Made by a program: the position numbers and the translations under genes
The notes under the pieces: model-generated
The model's database searches: none
What the model was told of the DNA's origin: nothing
Seen by the model: only the letters and a program-made list of their open reading frames with translations
Part shown: positions 45,023 to 56,900 of the stretch, piece by piece
Position numbering within the stretch: the first letter of the stretch is position 1
How the letters are laid out: each line of letters begins with the position of its first letter
Assembly: GCA_040954595.2 (NCBI GenBank)
Contig: CM082583.2
Span: forward strand, 528,542 to 592,541
Length of the DNA: 64,000 nucleotides
Reading direction: 5' to 3'
Source of the DNA: Balanoglossus misakiensis
Taxonomy: Eukaryota; Animalia; Hemichordata

Positions 45023-46119
45023 GGACACCGTCTACTGATATGGCCTTCTTTTCCACACTTGAAACAAGTAATAGGGCCTGCTTTGAAACGAGAACGATTG
45101 GTATACGGTACCTGAGCAATCCCTCCTTGACTTGGACTATTATTCAGCTTTGCTGTCATGGATTCCACTCTCTGTTCCAGGTCGTGCATCTTCCTCGCCT
45201 GTTCCTCTTGACTGGTGGCCATCTTTTTCATCAATGCAGTCAGTTCTTTAAATTGGGATGTCATCACATCTTCTTGTTTTGGCTTAGACTTTCCGACATC
45301 ATCATTCGTATCCGTCTTTGGGACGAGGACCGGTTGACTATGGAATTTCTTGGGCTTCGTTAATGGAACAGCTCTGCTTTCACTTGCCAACCGGCGTAGA
45401 TGAGTGCGCAAATCACTAAAAGTTAGGTTCCATGGCTGCATAGGATAAATACGATTATACACCACATCATCTCGTAGTCCCCTCATAAACTGATGAGTAA
45501 GACGATAATCGCGATCAGGAAACGTATATCCCCTATTCTGCCTTTCTTCTATTGTACGTAACACAGCTTCCAGTGAGATGGCATATGAACAGGGTGATTC
45601 ACCTGGTTGTTGGAAGCGCGAGTAAAAATCAGCCATGGGGTCTAATGAGCGAACATCCCCATACTCAGCACGGAGTTCCTCGAATGCCCTTTCTGGTGAC
45701 TGCTCATTCACTGGTAAGTTCAAAACCAATTTCCTGGCCTCCCCTCCCAAATTTCGTACTATAGTCATGAACTGTAAGTGTGCTGGCATACCCCCTGCAT
45801 TCAGTAAATATTGCATATCCCGTATCCAGTCCTCAATTAAAATTTTACATTCAGGTCCCCCAGTAAATAGTGGCACATTTCTGATTTGGTGTGATGAAGT
45901 CATAGAAGTATGAGGTACAGGGGTGTACTGAGATGCCTGTGGTGTAAGGTGAGTGGGAAAGGGAGATGATTGTCGACCCAATGTGCCCATAGGTGTAGCT
46001 GGCTGCATATTACCTTGTGTGGGAGGTAGCTCGCTATCCTTTTTAAACCTAGCTGGTCTAAGTCCTAATTCAGGATCAACCTGATGGAGCGGAATTCCCG
46101 GACTATCACCAGTATTCAT
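45010..46119 (-). CDS. gag: Gypsy Gag (PNMA-like capsid, CCHC zinc knuckle)
   Basis: 369-aa ATG-initiated ORF with FTGG...IEDWI, LGGEARKLV, QQPGESPCSYAISL, QFMRGL and CFKCGKEGHISRRC. Confidence 0.94.
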   Translation of the reverse strand: MNTGDSPGIPLHQVDPELGLRPARFKKDSELPPTQGNMQPATPMGTLGRQSSPFPTHLTPQASQYTPVPHTSMTSSHQIRNVPLFTGGPECKILIEDWIRDMQYLLNAGGMPAHLQFMTIVRNLGGEARKLVLNLPVNEQSPERAFEELRAEYGDVRSLDPMADFYSRFQQPGESPCSYAISLEAVLRTIEERQNRGYTFPDRDYRLTHQFMRGLRDDVVYNRIYPMQPWNLTFSDLRTHLRRLASESRAVPLTKPKKFHSQPVLVPKTDTNDDVGKSKPKQEDVMTSQFKELTALMKKMATSQEEQARKMHDLEQRVESMTAKLNNSPSQGGIAQVPYTNRSRFKAGPITCFKCGKEGHISRRCPLNE

Positions 46120-47269
46120 GATAATGATGTCAAGTAAGTATAATAAGTGACATATAATAAATAAGGATTAACTATCGCATCAACAATGCAAAAAGAAAGG
46201 TAAGAACAAACACGCTATACGCAACCTTGCAGTTGCTCAACTATCACAAATATCAATAAATGTAACAGCTTCAAAAAATGGCAGAGACGTATATGAATGC
46301 CTCAATTGGCACTTCCTGGTACAGAATAATTGGGTAAGTATGCAAATAAAGGAATGAGTGGCGGATTAACTCAATTGTATAAATTCCTTCATTTTCTTTA
46401 TAATAATAACTAGATGAATAAAGTAATCAATAAGTAGCTTATGCTAAATAAATAAACAAATAAATAAGTATAAACAACCGGCTATCGCTAACAAATTCAT
46501 AAATGTTCATATAGGCAATTACAAAACCTTGTGGTGGGACATCCAACGCATTTAGTACCCACTTGCAGGGCTTCTTTACCTACACATCCCACATGGACGT
46601 ACACAAGAATAATTAATGATACTTAACACGCATGTAAAAAAATGTATCCACTAAACAGGTAGAAAAAAAAACCCGCTGTGCTGAGACATACAGCAGTGGC
46701 ACACATCAATTACGCTAAAGAATTGTCAAAAAAAAAGTCAGTTGACCAATTCTATGAAGTGTGTATATGGTCCTGATAGCCAACATACAAAAAAAATCAG
46801 TACGACGCAAGTTCCGGCTCTACAAACATCAAAATTGTTGTTCACACACGATACTTTGTCATGAAAAAATAAATAGTTACAGCAACAATTTCTGACCAAT
46901 CATATTCACATGAGCAACACATGAAATAGTTGGGTGTTTTTATATGCACCCAAAATAAAATGTCTAACCGTACAGTCAACAGCACCGTTCGTATCCAGTC
47001 AGTTTCCAACTTGCATCGGCAACCCACCTCGGCGATGTATATGGAGCTTGGATTCCATCCCAGGTAGCGTTGACCTCACTGAACGTTGCAGGTCCCGGTC
47101 CACTTTCTTCCTTCCCAGCACACACACCCACACCAATGCTGAATATAGCGATCCGGCTATCCTCTGCAATATTCCTCCGGCGTGCACCATCCAGGCAGCA
47201 AATTCTCGTCACCAATGCAGAAGCGGAAACAGGCACCAAACTCTCCAATACGGCCAAGATACAACCAGG

Positions 47270-47287
47270 ATCACGTCGGGGTCACCA
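47270..47287 (-). other. Primer binding site for tRNA-Trp
   Basis: TGGTGACCCCGACGTGAT lies 2 nt inside the 5' LTR and is complementary to the 3' 18 nt of eukaryotic tRNA-Trp (same PBS as Rous sarcoma virus). Confidence 0.92.
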
Positions 47288-47289
47288 TT

Positions 47290-47901
47290 TGTGAAGCTTG
47301 CCAATATAGGGTCAGCAAATAATACACCATGCTCGGAAAAAATTGTGGTTGTCACTTCTGGTAGTTCAACTTTTTATTTCGGCCGTATAAGTCATACATT
47401 ACATATAGTACAGCACAGGTAGGCCTACACATACAGGTAACAAAATGAAAGAGCACGGGTCAGATAATGAATCTGTTACATGAGTTAAGTTGAATCGGTC
47501 ATGAAGCACACATCACCACATTTTTTAAATGCCAAAAACAAGTATAAATAACTAAAGAAGAATAAACTAAATTCCCCCACTACAACTATAAATATCAACT
47601 AAAGCAATACCAGGTATTCAAATATTTGGATGGCTTATATTTAGCACTATCTAAAGTGGATTGTAAAAGGTAAACTCACCTACACATACAGGTAACAAAA
47701 TGAAAGAGCACGGGTCAGATAATGAATGACCTAGTATGGAAGTGCGTGCCTATATATATGTGTATAGCGCCCTCAACGTGTGCAGGTAAGTATGCAAGTC
47801 AACCCCCTGACCCAGGTGTATAACGCCCTCAACATATGTAGGTAAGTAAGTAAGTCAACCCCCCTGTCACAGGTAAATAGGTAAATCAACCCCCGGTCAC
47901 A
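47290..47901 (-). repeat. 5' LTR
   Basis: 612 bp, with no difference from 39809-40420 found by eye. Confidence 0.96.
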
Positions 47902-50900
47902 TTTTAAAAGTCATAAAAACTTTTAACATACAAGCAATTGTTTATATATGATCAGGTCACCGAATTAAAAAAATAAAGAATGTTTTGCCTAAAAATGACC
48001 TTTTTGGTGTAAAAACGAATAAAACGCAATTTTGTATTAAATCAGAATGCATTTTTTATAATCAGCACCATTTTTACATGTAATGGAAATTTCATACATC
48101 ATCAGATATCCAAATATGAAAAAATGATTTAGATTTTAGATGATTGTCCAAAATTAGCTGATATCTAATAAATGTAGTATTAACCGTTCTGTCCCCCCCC
48201 CCCTACATTATATGCGGTACGCCGATGTCAGCTTTTCCGGCAGTACTGCAGGCCGTGCCCCCAACTAACGTCGGTGTTTGAAACGCCCTGGTTAAATTCG
48301 GGCTTTCTCTATAAATTGACAGGCAATAATGCAGTCCTACCGGAACAAATGTCAAGTGTAGAACCGCTGTGACTTTCCCTGTTCAGTTTGCCCGACTTAG
48401 CCAACGTCTTTGTACTAGAGTGTCGGGTCTTTTGCAGAGCCAGGCCGAAGGAAATCCGACTTGATCACCGTTGTTAACTTACGCCAGTCTGTGTCCTATA
48501 TATAGTGCCGGGGCATCAGCCGTGCCAGGCCGAAGGAAATGTGAGTAGATCAACGTGGTCTCTGTACGCGTGTTTCTGCTCTAGAGTGCCAGGGCTTTAG
48601 CCAAGCCATGCCGTAGGAAATCTGACTTGATCAACGTTGCTAACGAACGCTAGTGTCTGTCATAGTGTGCCAGGGTTTTAGTCGAGCCAAGCCGTAGGAG
48701 ATCAGACTTGATTAACGTGGTCTCTGTACGCGTGTTTCTGCTCTAGAGTGCCGGGGCTTTATCCAACCCATGCCGTAGAAAATCTGACTTGATCACCGTT
48801 GCTAACGTACGCTAGTGTCTGTCATATTGTGACGGAGATTTAGCAGAGCCAGGCCGTAGAAAAATCGACATGTTCAACGTTACCAGTGTGCAACTGTTTC
48901 TGCTCTAGAGTGTCAGGGTTTTAGCCGACTTATGCTGTAGGAAATCTGAGTTGATGAATGGGAATTCAATGTTAGAAAACCCGTGTGGAAAGTATCTCTA
49001 CCCGTTTGAAACTAAGAAAAGAATTTATTCTTATTTATTTTGTAAAAAAGACAATTTTTCGAAAAAAAGTCGAAAATGGTAATTTTGTCTTGGGTGATTC
49101 AAATTATACCGCCTTTTCTGGAATTTGCTGCACTTCTTACAAGAGAACGACACTTCATGCTCCATAATATTTCGGAAAATGAAGAAAAGAGTTATTTTTT
49201 ATGATTTTTTAAAAATTTACCATTTTTGTCAAAATATGGCCAAAATGGCTATTTTTTCTTGAATTCCGTCAATATATCTGCATTTTTGGAGTGGTCGAAA
49301 GTTTTAACATACAATCAACATGTCATATATGATCAGGGCACCAAATTCGAAGAACAAAGGTTTTTTTATTTTTTTTTCTAAAAATGACATTTTCAAGGAA
49401 AATTTGGTAAAACGCAATTGTGTCTGCAGTGAGCCAAATTGGCCGTTTTTTGTGGAATTTGTATCGATATATATATACGAAGAGCATTCTATACTCCATC
49501 AGATTTCCGAAAATGTAGAAAACAGGTATTTTTGTAATTTTCAAAAATTTACCATTTTGACCAAATTGTGGCTAAAATTGTTATTTTCGTGTTGAATGCC
49601 GCCAGTGTCACTGCTTTTAAAAGTCATAAAAACTTTTAACATACAAGCAATTGTTTATATATGATCAGGTCACCGAATTAAAAAAATAAAGAATGTTTTG
49701 CCTAAAAATGACCTTTTTGGTGCAAAAACGAATAAAACGCAATTTTGTATTAAATCAGAGTGCATTTTTTATAATCAGCACCATTTTTACATATAATGGA
49801 AATTTCATACATCATCAGGTATCCAAATATGAAAAAATGATTTAGATTTTAGATGATTGTCCAAAATTAGCTGATATGTAATAAATGTAGTATTGAACCG
49901 TTCTGTTCCCCCCCCCCCTACATTATATGCGGTACGCCGATGTCAGCTTACCCGGCAGTACTGCAGGCCGTGCCCCCAACTAACGTCGGTGTTTGAAACG
50001 CCCTGGTTAAATTCGGGCTTTCTCTATAAATTGACAGGCAATAATGCAGTCCTACTGGAACAAATGTCAAGTGTTGAACCGTTGTGACTTTCCCTGTTCG
50101 GTTTGCCCGACTTAGCCAACGTCTTTGTACTAGAGTGTCGGGTCTTTTGCAGAGCCAGGCCGAAGGAAATCCGACTTGATCACCGTTGCTAACGAACGCT
50201 AGTGTCTGTCATGGTGTGCCGGGGTTTTAGTCGAGCCAGGCCGTAGGAGATCTGACTTGATCATCGTGGTCAATGTACGCGTGTTTCCGCTCTAAAGTGC
50301 CGGGGCTTCAGCTAAACCAGGCCGTAGGAAATCCGACGTTATCACCGTTGATAACTTGCGCCAGTCTGTGTCATATAGAGCCGGTGCACCAGCCGAGTCA
50401 CGCCGTAGGAAATCTGACTTGATCAACGTGGTCAATGTACGCCTGTTTCTGCTCTAGAGTGCCGGGGCTTCAGCTGAGCCAGGCCGTAGGAAACCCGACG
50501 TGATTACCGTTGTTAACTTACGCCAGTCTGTGTCCTATATATAGTGCCGGGGCATCAGCCGTGCCAGGCCGAAGGAAATGTGAGTAGATCAACGTGGTCT
50601 CTGTACGCGTGTTTCTGCTCTAGAGTGCCAGGGCTTTAGCCAAGCCATGCCGTAGGAAATCTGACTTGATCAACGTTGCTAACGAACGCTAGTGTCTGTC
50701 ATAGTGTGCCATGGTTTTAGTCGAGCCAAGCCGTAGGAGATCAGACTTGATCAACGTGGTCTCTGTACGCGTGTTTCTGCTCTAGAGTGCCGGGGCTTTA
50801 TCCAAGCCATGCCGTAGAAAATCTGACTTGATCACCGTTGCTAACGTACGCTAGTGTCTGTCATATTGTGACGGTGATTTAGCGGAGCCAGGCCGTAGAA

Positions 50901-53900
50901 AAATCGACATGTTCAACGTTACCAGTGTGCAACTGTTTCTGCTCTAGAGTGTCAGGGTTTTAGCCGACTTATGCTGTAGGAAATCTGAGTTGATGAATGG
51001 GAATTCAATGTTAGAAAACCCGTGTGGAAAGTATCTCTACCAGTTTGAAACTAAGAAAAGAATTTATTCTTATTTATTTTGTAACAAAGACAATTTTTCG
51101 AAAAAAAGTCCGAAAATGGTAATTTTGTCTTGGGTGATTCAAATTATACCGCCTTTTCTGGAATTTGCTGCACTTCTTACAAGAGAACGACACTTCATGC
51201 TCCATAATATTTCGGAAAATGAAGAAAAGAGTTATTTTTTTATGATTTTTTAAAAATTTACCATTTTTGTCAAAATATGGCCAAAATGGCTATTTTTCTT
51301 GAATTCCGTCAATATATCTGCATTTTTGGAGTGGTCGAAAGTTTTAACATACAATCAACATGTCATATATGATCAGGGCACCAAATTCGAAGAACTAAGG
51401 TTTTTTTATTTTTTTTCTTCTAAAAATGACATTTTCAAGGAAAATTTGGTAAAACGCAATTTTGTCTGCAGTGAGCCAAATTAGACGGTCTTTTGTGGAA
51501 TTTGTATCGATATATACATACGAAGAGCATTCTATACTCCATCAGATTTCCGAAAATGTAGAAAACAGGTATTTTTTTGTAATTTTCAAAAATTTACCAT
51601 TTTGACCAAATTGTGGCTAAAATTGTTATTTTCGTGTTGAATGCCGCCAGTGTCACTGCTTTTAAAAGTCATAAAAACTTTTAACATACAAGCAATTGTT
51701 TATATATGATCAGGTCACCGAATTAAAAAAATAAAGAATGTTTTGCCTAAAAATGACCTTTTTGGTGCAAAAACGAATAAAACGCAATTTTGTATTAAAT
51801 CAGAATGCATTTTTTATAATCAGCACCATTTTTACATGTAATGGAAATTTAATACATCATCAGATATCCAAATATGAGAAAAATGATTTAGATTTTAGAT
51901 GATTGTCCAAAATTAGCTGATATCTAATAAATGTAGTATTGAACCGTTCTGTTCCCCCCCCCCCCCTACATTATATGCGGTACGCCGATGTCAGCTTACC
52001 CGGCAGTACTGCAGGCCGTGCCCCCAACTAACGTCGGTGTTTGAAACGCCCTGGTTAAATTCGGGCTTTCTCTATAAATTGACAGGCAATAATGCAGTCC
52101 TACCGGAACAAATGTCGAGTGTTGACCCGCTGTGACTTTCCCTCTTCGGTTTGCCCGACTTAGCCAACGTCTTTGTACTAGAGTGTCGGGTCTTTTGCAG
52201 AGCCAGGCCGAAGGAAATCCGACTTGATCACCGTTGCTAACGAACGCTAGTGTCTGTCATGGTGTGCCGGGGTTTTAGTCGGGCCAGGCCGTAGGAGATC
52301 TGACTTGATCATCGTGGTCAATGTACGCGTGTTTAAGCTCTAAAGTGCCGGGGCTTCAGCTAAACCAGGCCGTAGGACATCCGCCGTAATCACCGTTGAT
52401 AACTTACGCCAGTCTGTGTCATATAGAGCCGGTGCACCAGCCGAGTCACGCCGTAGGAAATCTGACTTGATCAACGTGGTCAATGTACGCCTGTTTCTGC
52501 TCTAGAATGCCGGGGCTTCAGCTGAGCCAGGCCGTAGGAAACCCGACGTGATTACCGTTGTTAACTTACGCCAGTCTGTGTCCTATATATAGTGCCGGGG
52601 CATCAGCCGTGCCAGGCCGAAGGAAATGTGAGTAGATCAACGTGGTCTCTGTACGCGTGTTTCTGCTCTAGAGTGCCAGGGCTTTAGCCAAGCCATGCCG
52701 TAGGAAATCTGACTTGATCAACGTTGCTAACGAACGCTAGTGTCTGTCATAGTGTGCCGGGGTTTTAGTCGAGCCAAGCCGTAGGAGATCAGACTTGATC
52801 AACGTGGTCTCTGTACGCGTGTTTATGCTCTAGAGTGCCGGGGCTTTATCCAAGCCATGCCGTAGAAAATCTGACTTGATCACCGTTGCTAACGTACGCT
52901 AGTGTCTGTCATATTGTGACGGACATTTAGCGGAGCCAGGCCGTAGAAAAATCGACTTGTTCAACGTTACCAGTGTGCAACTGTTTCTGCTCTAGAGTGT
53001 CAGGGTTTTAGCCGACTTATGCTGTAGGAAATCTGAGTTGATGAACGGGAATTCAATGTTAGAAAACCCGTGTGGAAAGTATCTCTACCCGATTGAAACT
53101 AAGAAAAGAATTTATTCTTATTTATTTTGTAAAAAAGACAATTTTTCGAAAACAAGTCGAAAATGGTAATTTTGTCTTGGGTGATTTAAATTATACTGCC
53201 TTTTCTGGAATTTGCAGCACTTTTTACAAGAGAACGACACTTCATGCTCCATAATATTTCCGAAAAAATAAGAAAAGAGTTAATTTTTTATGATTTTTTA
53301 AAAATTTACCATTTTTGTCAAAATATGGCCAAAATGGCTATTTTTTCTTGAATTCCGTCAATATCTCTGCATTTTTGGAGTGGTCGAAAGTCTTAATATA
53401 CAATCAACATGTCATATATGATCAGGGCACCAAATACGAAGAACAAAGGTTTTTTAATTTTTTTTTCTAAAAATGACATTTTCGAGGAAAATTTGGTAAA
53501 CGCAATTTTGTCTGCAGTGAGCCAAATTAGACGGTCTTTTGTGGAATTTGTATCGATATATACATACGAAGAGCATTCTATACTCCATCAGATTTCCGAA
53601 AATGTAGAAAACAGGTATTTTTTGTAATTTTCAAAAATTTACCATTTTGACCAAATTGTGGCTACAATTGTTATTTTCGTGTTGAATGCCGCCAGTGTCA
53701 CTGCTTTTAAAAGTCATAAAAACTTTTAACATACAAGCAATTGTTTATATATGATCAGGTCACCGAATTAAAAAAATAAAGAATGTTTTGCCTAAAAATG
53801 ACCTTTTTGGTGCAAAAACGAATAAAACGCAATTTTGTATTAAATCAGAATGCATTTTTTATAATCAGCACCATTTTTACATGTAATGGAAATTTAATAC

Positions 53901-56900
53901 ATCATCAGATATCCAAATATGAGAAAAATGATTTAGATTTTAGATGATTGTCCAAAATTAGCTGATATCTAATAAATGTAGTATTGAACCGTTCTGTTCC
54001 CCCCCCCCCCTACATTATATGCGGTACGCCGATGTCAGCTTACCCGGCAGTACTGCAGGCCGTGCCCCCAACTAACGTCGGTGTTTGAAACGCCCTGGTT
54101 AAATTCGGGCTTTCTCTATAAATTGACAGGCAATAATGCAGTCCTACCGGAACAAATGTCGAGTGTTGACCCGCTGTGACTTTCCCTCTTCGGTTTGCCC
54201 GACTTAGCCAACGTCTTTGTACTAGAGTGTCGGGTCTTTTGCAGAGCCAGGCCGAAGGAAATCCGACTTGATCACCGTTGCTAACGAACGCTAGTGTCTG
54301 TCATGGTGTGCCGGGGTTTTAGTCGGGCCAGGCCGTAGGAGATCTGACTTGATCATCGTGGTCAATGTACGCGTGTTTAAGCTCTAAAGTGCCGGGGCTT
54401 CAGCTAAACCAGGCCGTAGGACATCCGCCGTAATCACCGTTGATAACTTACGCCAGTCTGTGTCATATAGAGCCGGTGCACCAGCCGAGTCACGCCGTAG
54501 GAAATCTGACTTGATCAACGTGGTCAATGTACGCCTGTTTCTGCTCTAGAATGCCGGGGCTTCAGCTGAGCCAGGCCGTAGGAAACCCGACGTGATTACC
54601 GTTGTTAACTTACGCCAGTCTGTGTCCTATATATAGTGCCGGGGCATCAGCCGTGCCAGGCCGAAGGAAATGTGAGTAGATCAACGTGGTCTCTGTACGC
54701 GTGTTTCTGCTCTAGAGTGCCAGGGCTTTAGCCAAGCCATGCCGTAGGAAATCTGACTTGATCAACGTTGCTAACGAACGCTAGTGTCTGTCATAGTGTG
54801 CCGGGGTTTTAGTCGAGCCAAGCCGTAGGAGATCAGACTTGATCAACGTGGTCTCTGTACGCGTGTTTATGCTCTAGAGTGCCGGGGCTTTATCCAAGCC
54901 ATGCCGTAGAAAATCTGACTTGATCACCGTTGCTAACGTACGCTAGTGTCTGTCATATTGTGACGGACATTTAGCGGAGCCAGGCCGTAGAAAAATCGAC
55001 TTGTTCAACGTTACCAGTGTGCAACTGTTTCTGCTCTAGAGTGTCAGGGTTTTAGCCGACTTATGCTGTAGGAAATCTGAGTTGATGAACGGGAATTCAA
55101 TGTTAGAAAACCCGTGTGGAAAGTATCTCTACCCGATTGAAACTAAGAAAAGAATTTATTCTTATTTATTTTGTAAAAAAGACAATTTTTCGAAAACAAG
55201 TCGAAAATGGTAATTTTGTCTTGGGTGATTTAAATTATACTGCCTTTTCTGGAATTTGCAGCACTTTTTACAAGAGAACGAAACTTCATGCTCCATAATA
55301 TTTCCGAAAAAATAAGAAAACAGTTAATTTTTTATGATTTTTTAAAAATTTACCATTTTTGTCAAAATATGGCCAAAATGGCTATTTTTTCTTGAATTCC
55401 GTCAATATCTCTGCATTTTTGGAGTGGTCGAAAGTCTTAATATACAATCAACATGTCATATATGATCAGGGCACCAAATACGAAGAACAAAGGTTTTTTA
55501 ATTTTTTTTTCTAAAAATGACATTTTCGAGGAAAATTTGGTAAACGCAATTTTGTCTGCAGTGAGCCAAATTAGACGGTCTTTTGTGGAATTTGTATCGA
55601 TATATACATACGAAGAGCATTCTATACTCCATCAGATTTCCGAAAATGTAGAAAACAGGTATTTTTTGTAATTTTCAAAAATTTACCATTTTGACCAAAT
55701 TGTGGCTACAATTGTTATTTTCGTGTTGAATGCCGCCAGTGTCACTGCTTTTAAAAGTCATAAAAACTTTTAACATGAAAGCAATTGTTTATATATGATC
55801 AGGTCACCGAATTAAAAAAATAAAGAATGTTTTGCCTAAAAATGACCTTTTTGGTGCAAAAACGAATAAAACGCAATTTTTTATTGAATCAGAATGCATT
55901 TTTTATAATCAGCACCATTTTTACATATCATGGAAATTTCATACATCATCAGATATCCAAATATGAAAAAATGATTTAGATTTTAGATGATTGTCCAAAA
56001 TTAGTTGATATCTAATAAATGTAGTATTGAACCGTTCTGTTCCCCCCCCCCCCCTTACATTATATGCGGTACGCCGATGTCAGCTTACCCGGCAGTACTG
56101 CAGGCCGTGCCCCCAACAAACGTCGGTGTTTGAAACGCCCTGGTTAATTTCGGGCTTTCTCTATAAATTGACAGGCAATAATGCAGTCCTACCCGAACAA
56201 ATGTCAAGTGTTGAACCGCTGTGACTTTCCCTCTTCGGTTTGCCCGACTTAGCCAACGTCTTTGTACTAGAGTGTCGGGTCTTTTGCAGAGCCAGTTCAA
56301 TCCGACTTGATCACCGTTGCTAACGAACGCTAGTGTCTGTCATGGTGTGCCGGTGTTTTAGTCGAGCCAGGCCGTAGGAGATCTGACTTGATCATCGTGG
56401 TCAATGTACGCGTGTTTCCGCTCTAAAGTGCCGGGGCTTCATCTAAACCAGGCCGTAGGAAATCCGACGTAATCACTGTTGATAACTTACGCCAGTCTGT
56501 GTCATATAGAGCCGGTGCACCAGCCGAGTCACGCCGTAGGAAATCTGACTTGATCAACGTGGTCAATGTACGCCTGTTTCTGCTCTAGAGTGCCGGGGCT
56601 TCAGCTGAGCCAGGCCGTAGGAAACCCGACGTGATTACCGTTGTTAACTTACGCCAGTCTGTGTCCTATATATAGTGCCGGGGCATCAGCCGTGCCAGGC
56701 CGAAGGAAATGTGAGTAGATCAACGTGGTCTCTGTACGCGTGTTTCTGCTCTAGAATGCCAGGACTTTAGCCAAGCTATGCCGTAGGAAATCTGACTTGA
56801 TCAACGTTGCTAACGAACGCTAGTGTCTGTCATAGTGTGCCGGGGTTTTAGTCGAGCCAAGCCGTAGGAGATCAGACTTGATCAACGTGGTCTCTGTACG

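Larger units (their letters stand above)
39809..47901 (-). mobile_element. Intact-looking Ty3/Gypsy LTR retrotransposon (8093 bp)
   Basis: Two 612-bp TG..CA LTRs, 4-bp TSD TTTT (39805-39808, 47902-47905; empty site CTGCTTTTAAAAG in other units), PBS, PPT, and open gag and pol in PR-RT-RH-IN order. No env. Confidence 0.97.

Noticed and set aside
46842-47422. ORFs in the Gypsy leader (possible extra or antisense gene, env)
   Set aside because: Overlapping short frames on both strands crossing the PBS/LTR boundary, with no signal peptide, transmembrane or domain signature.
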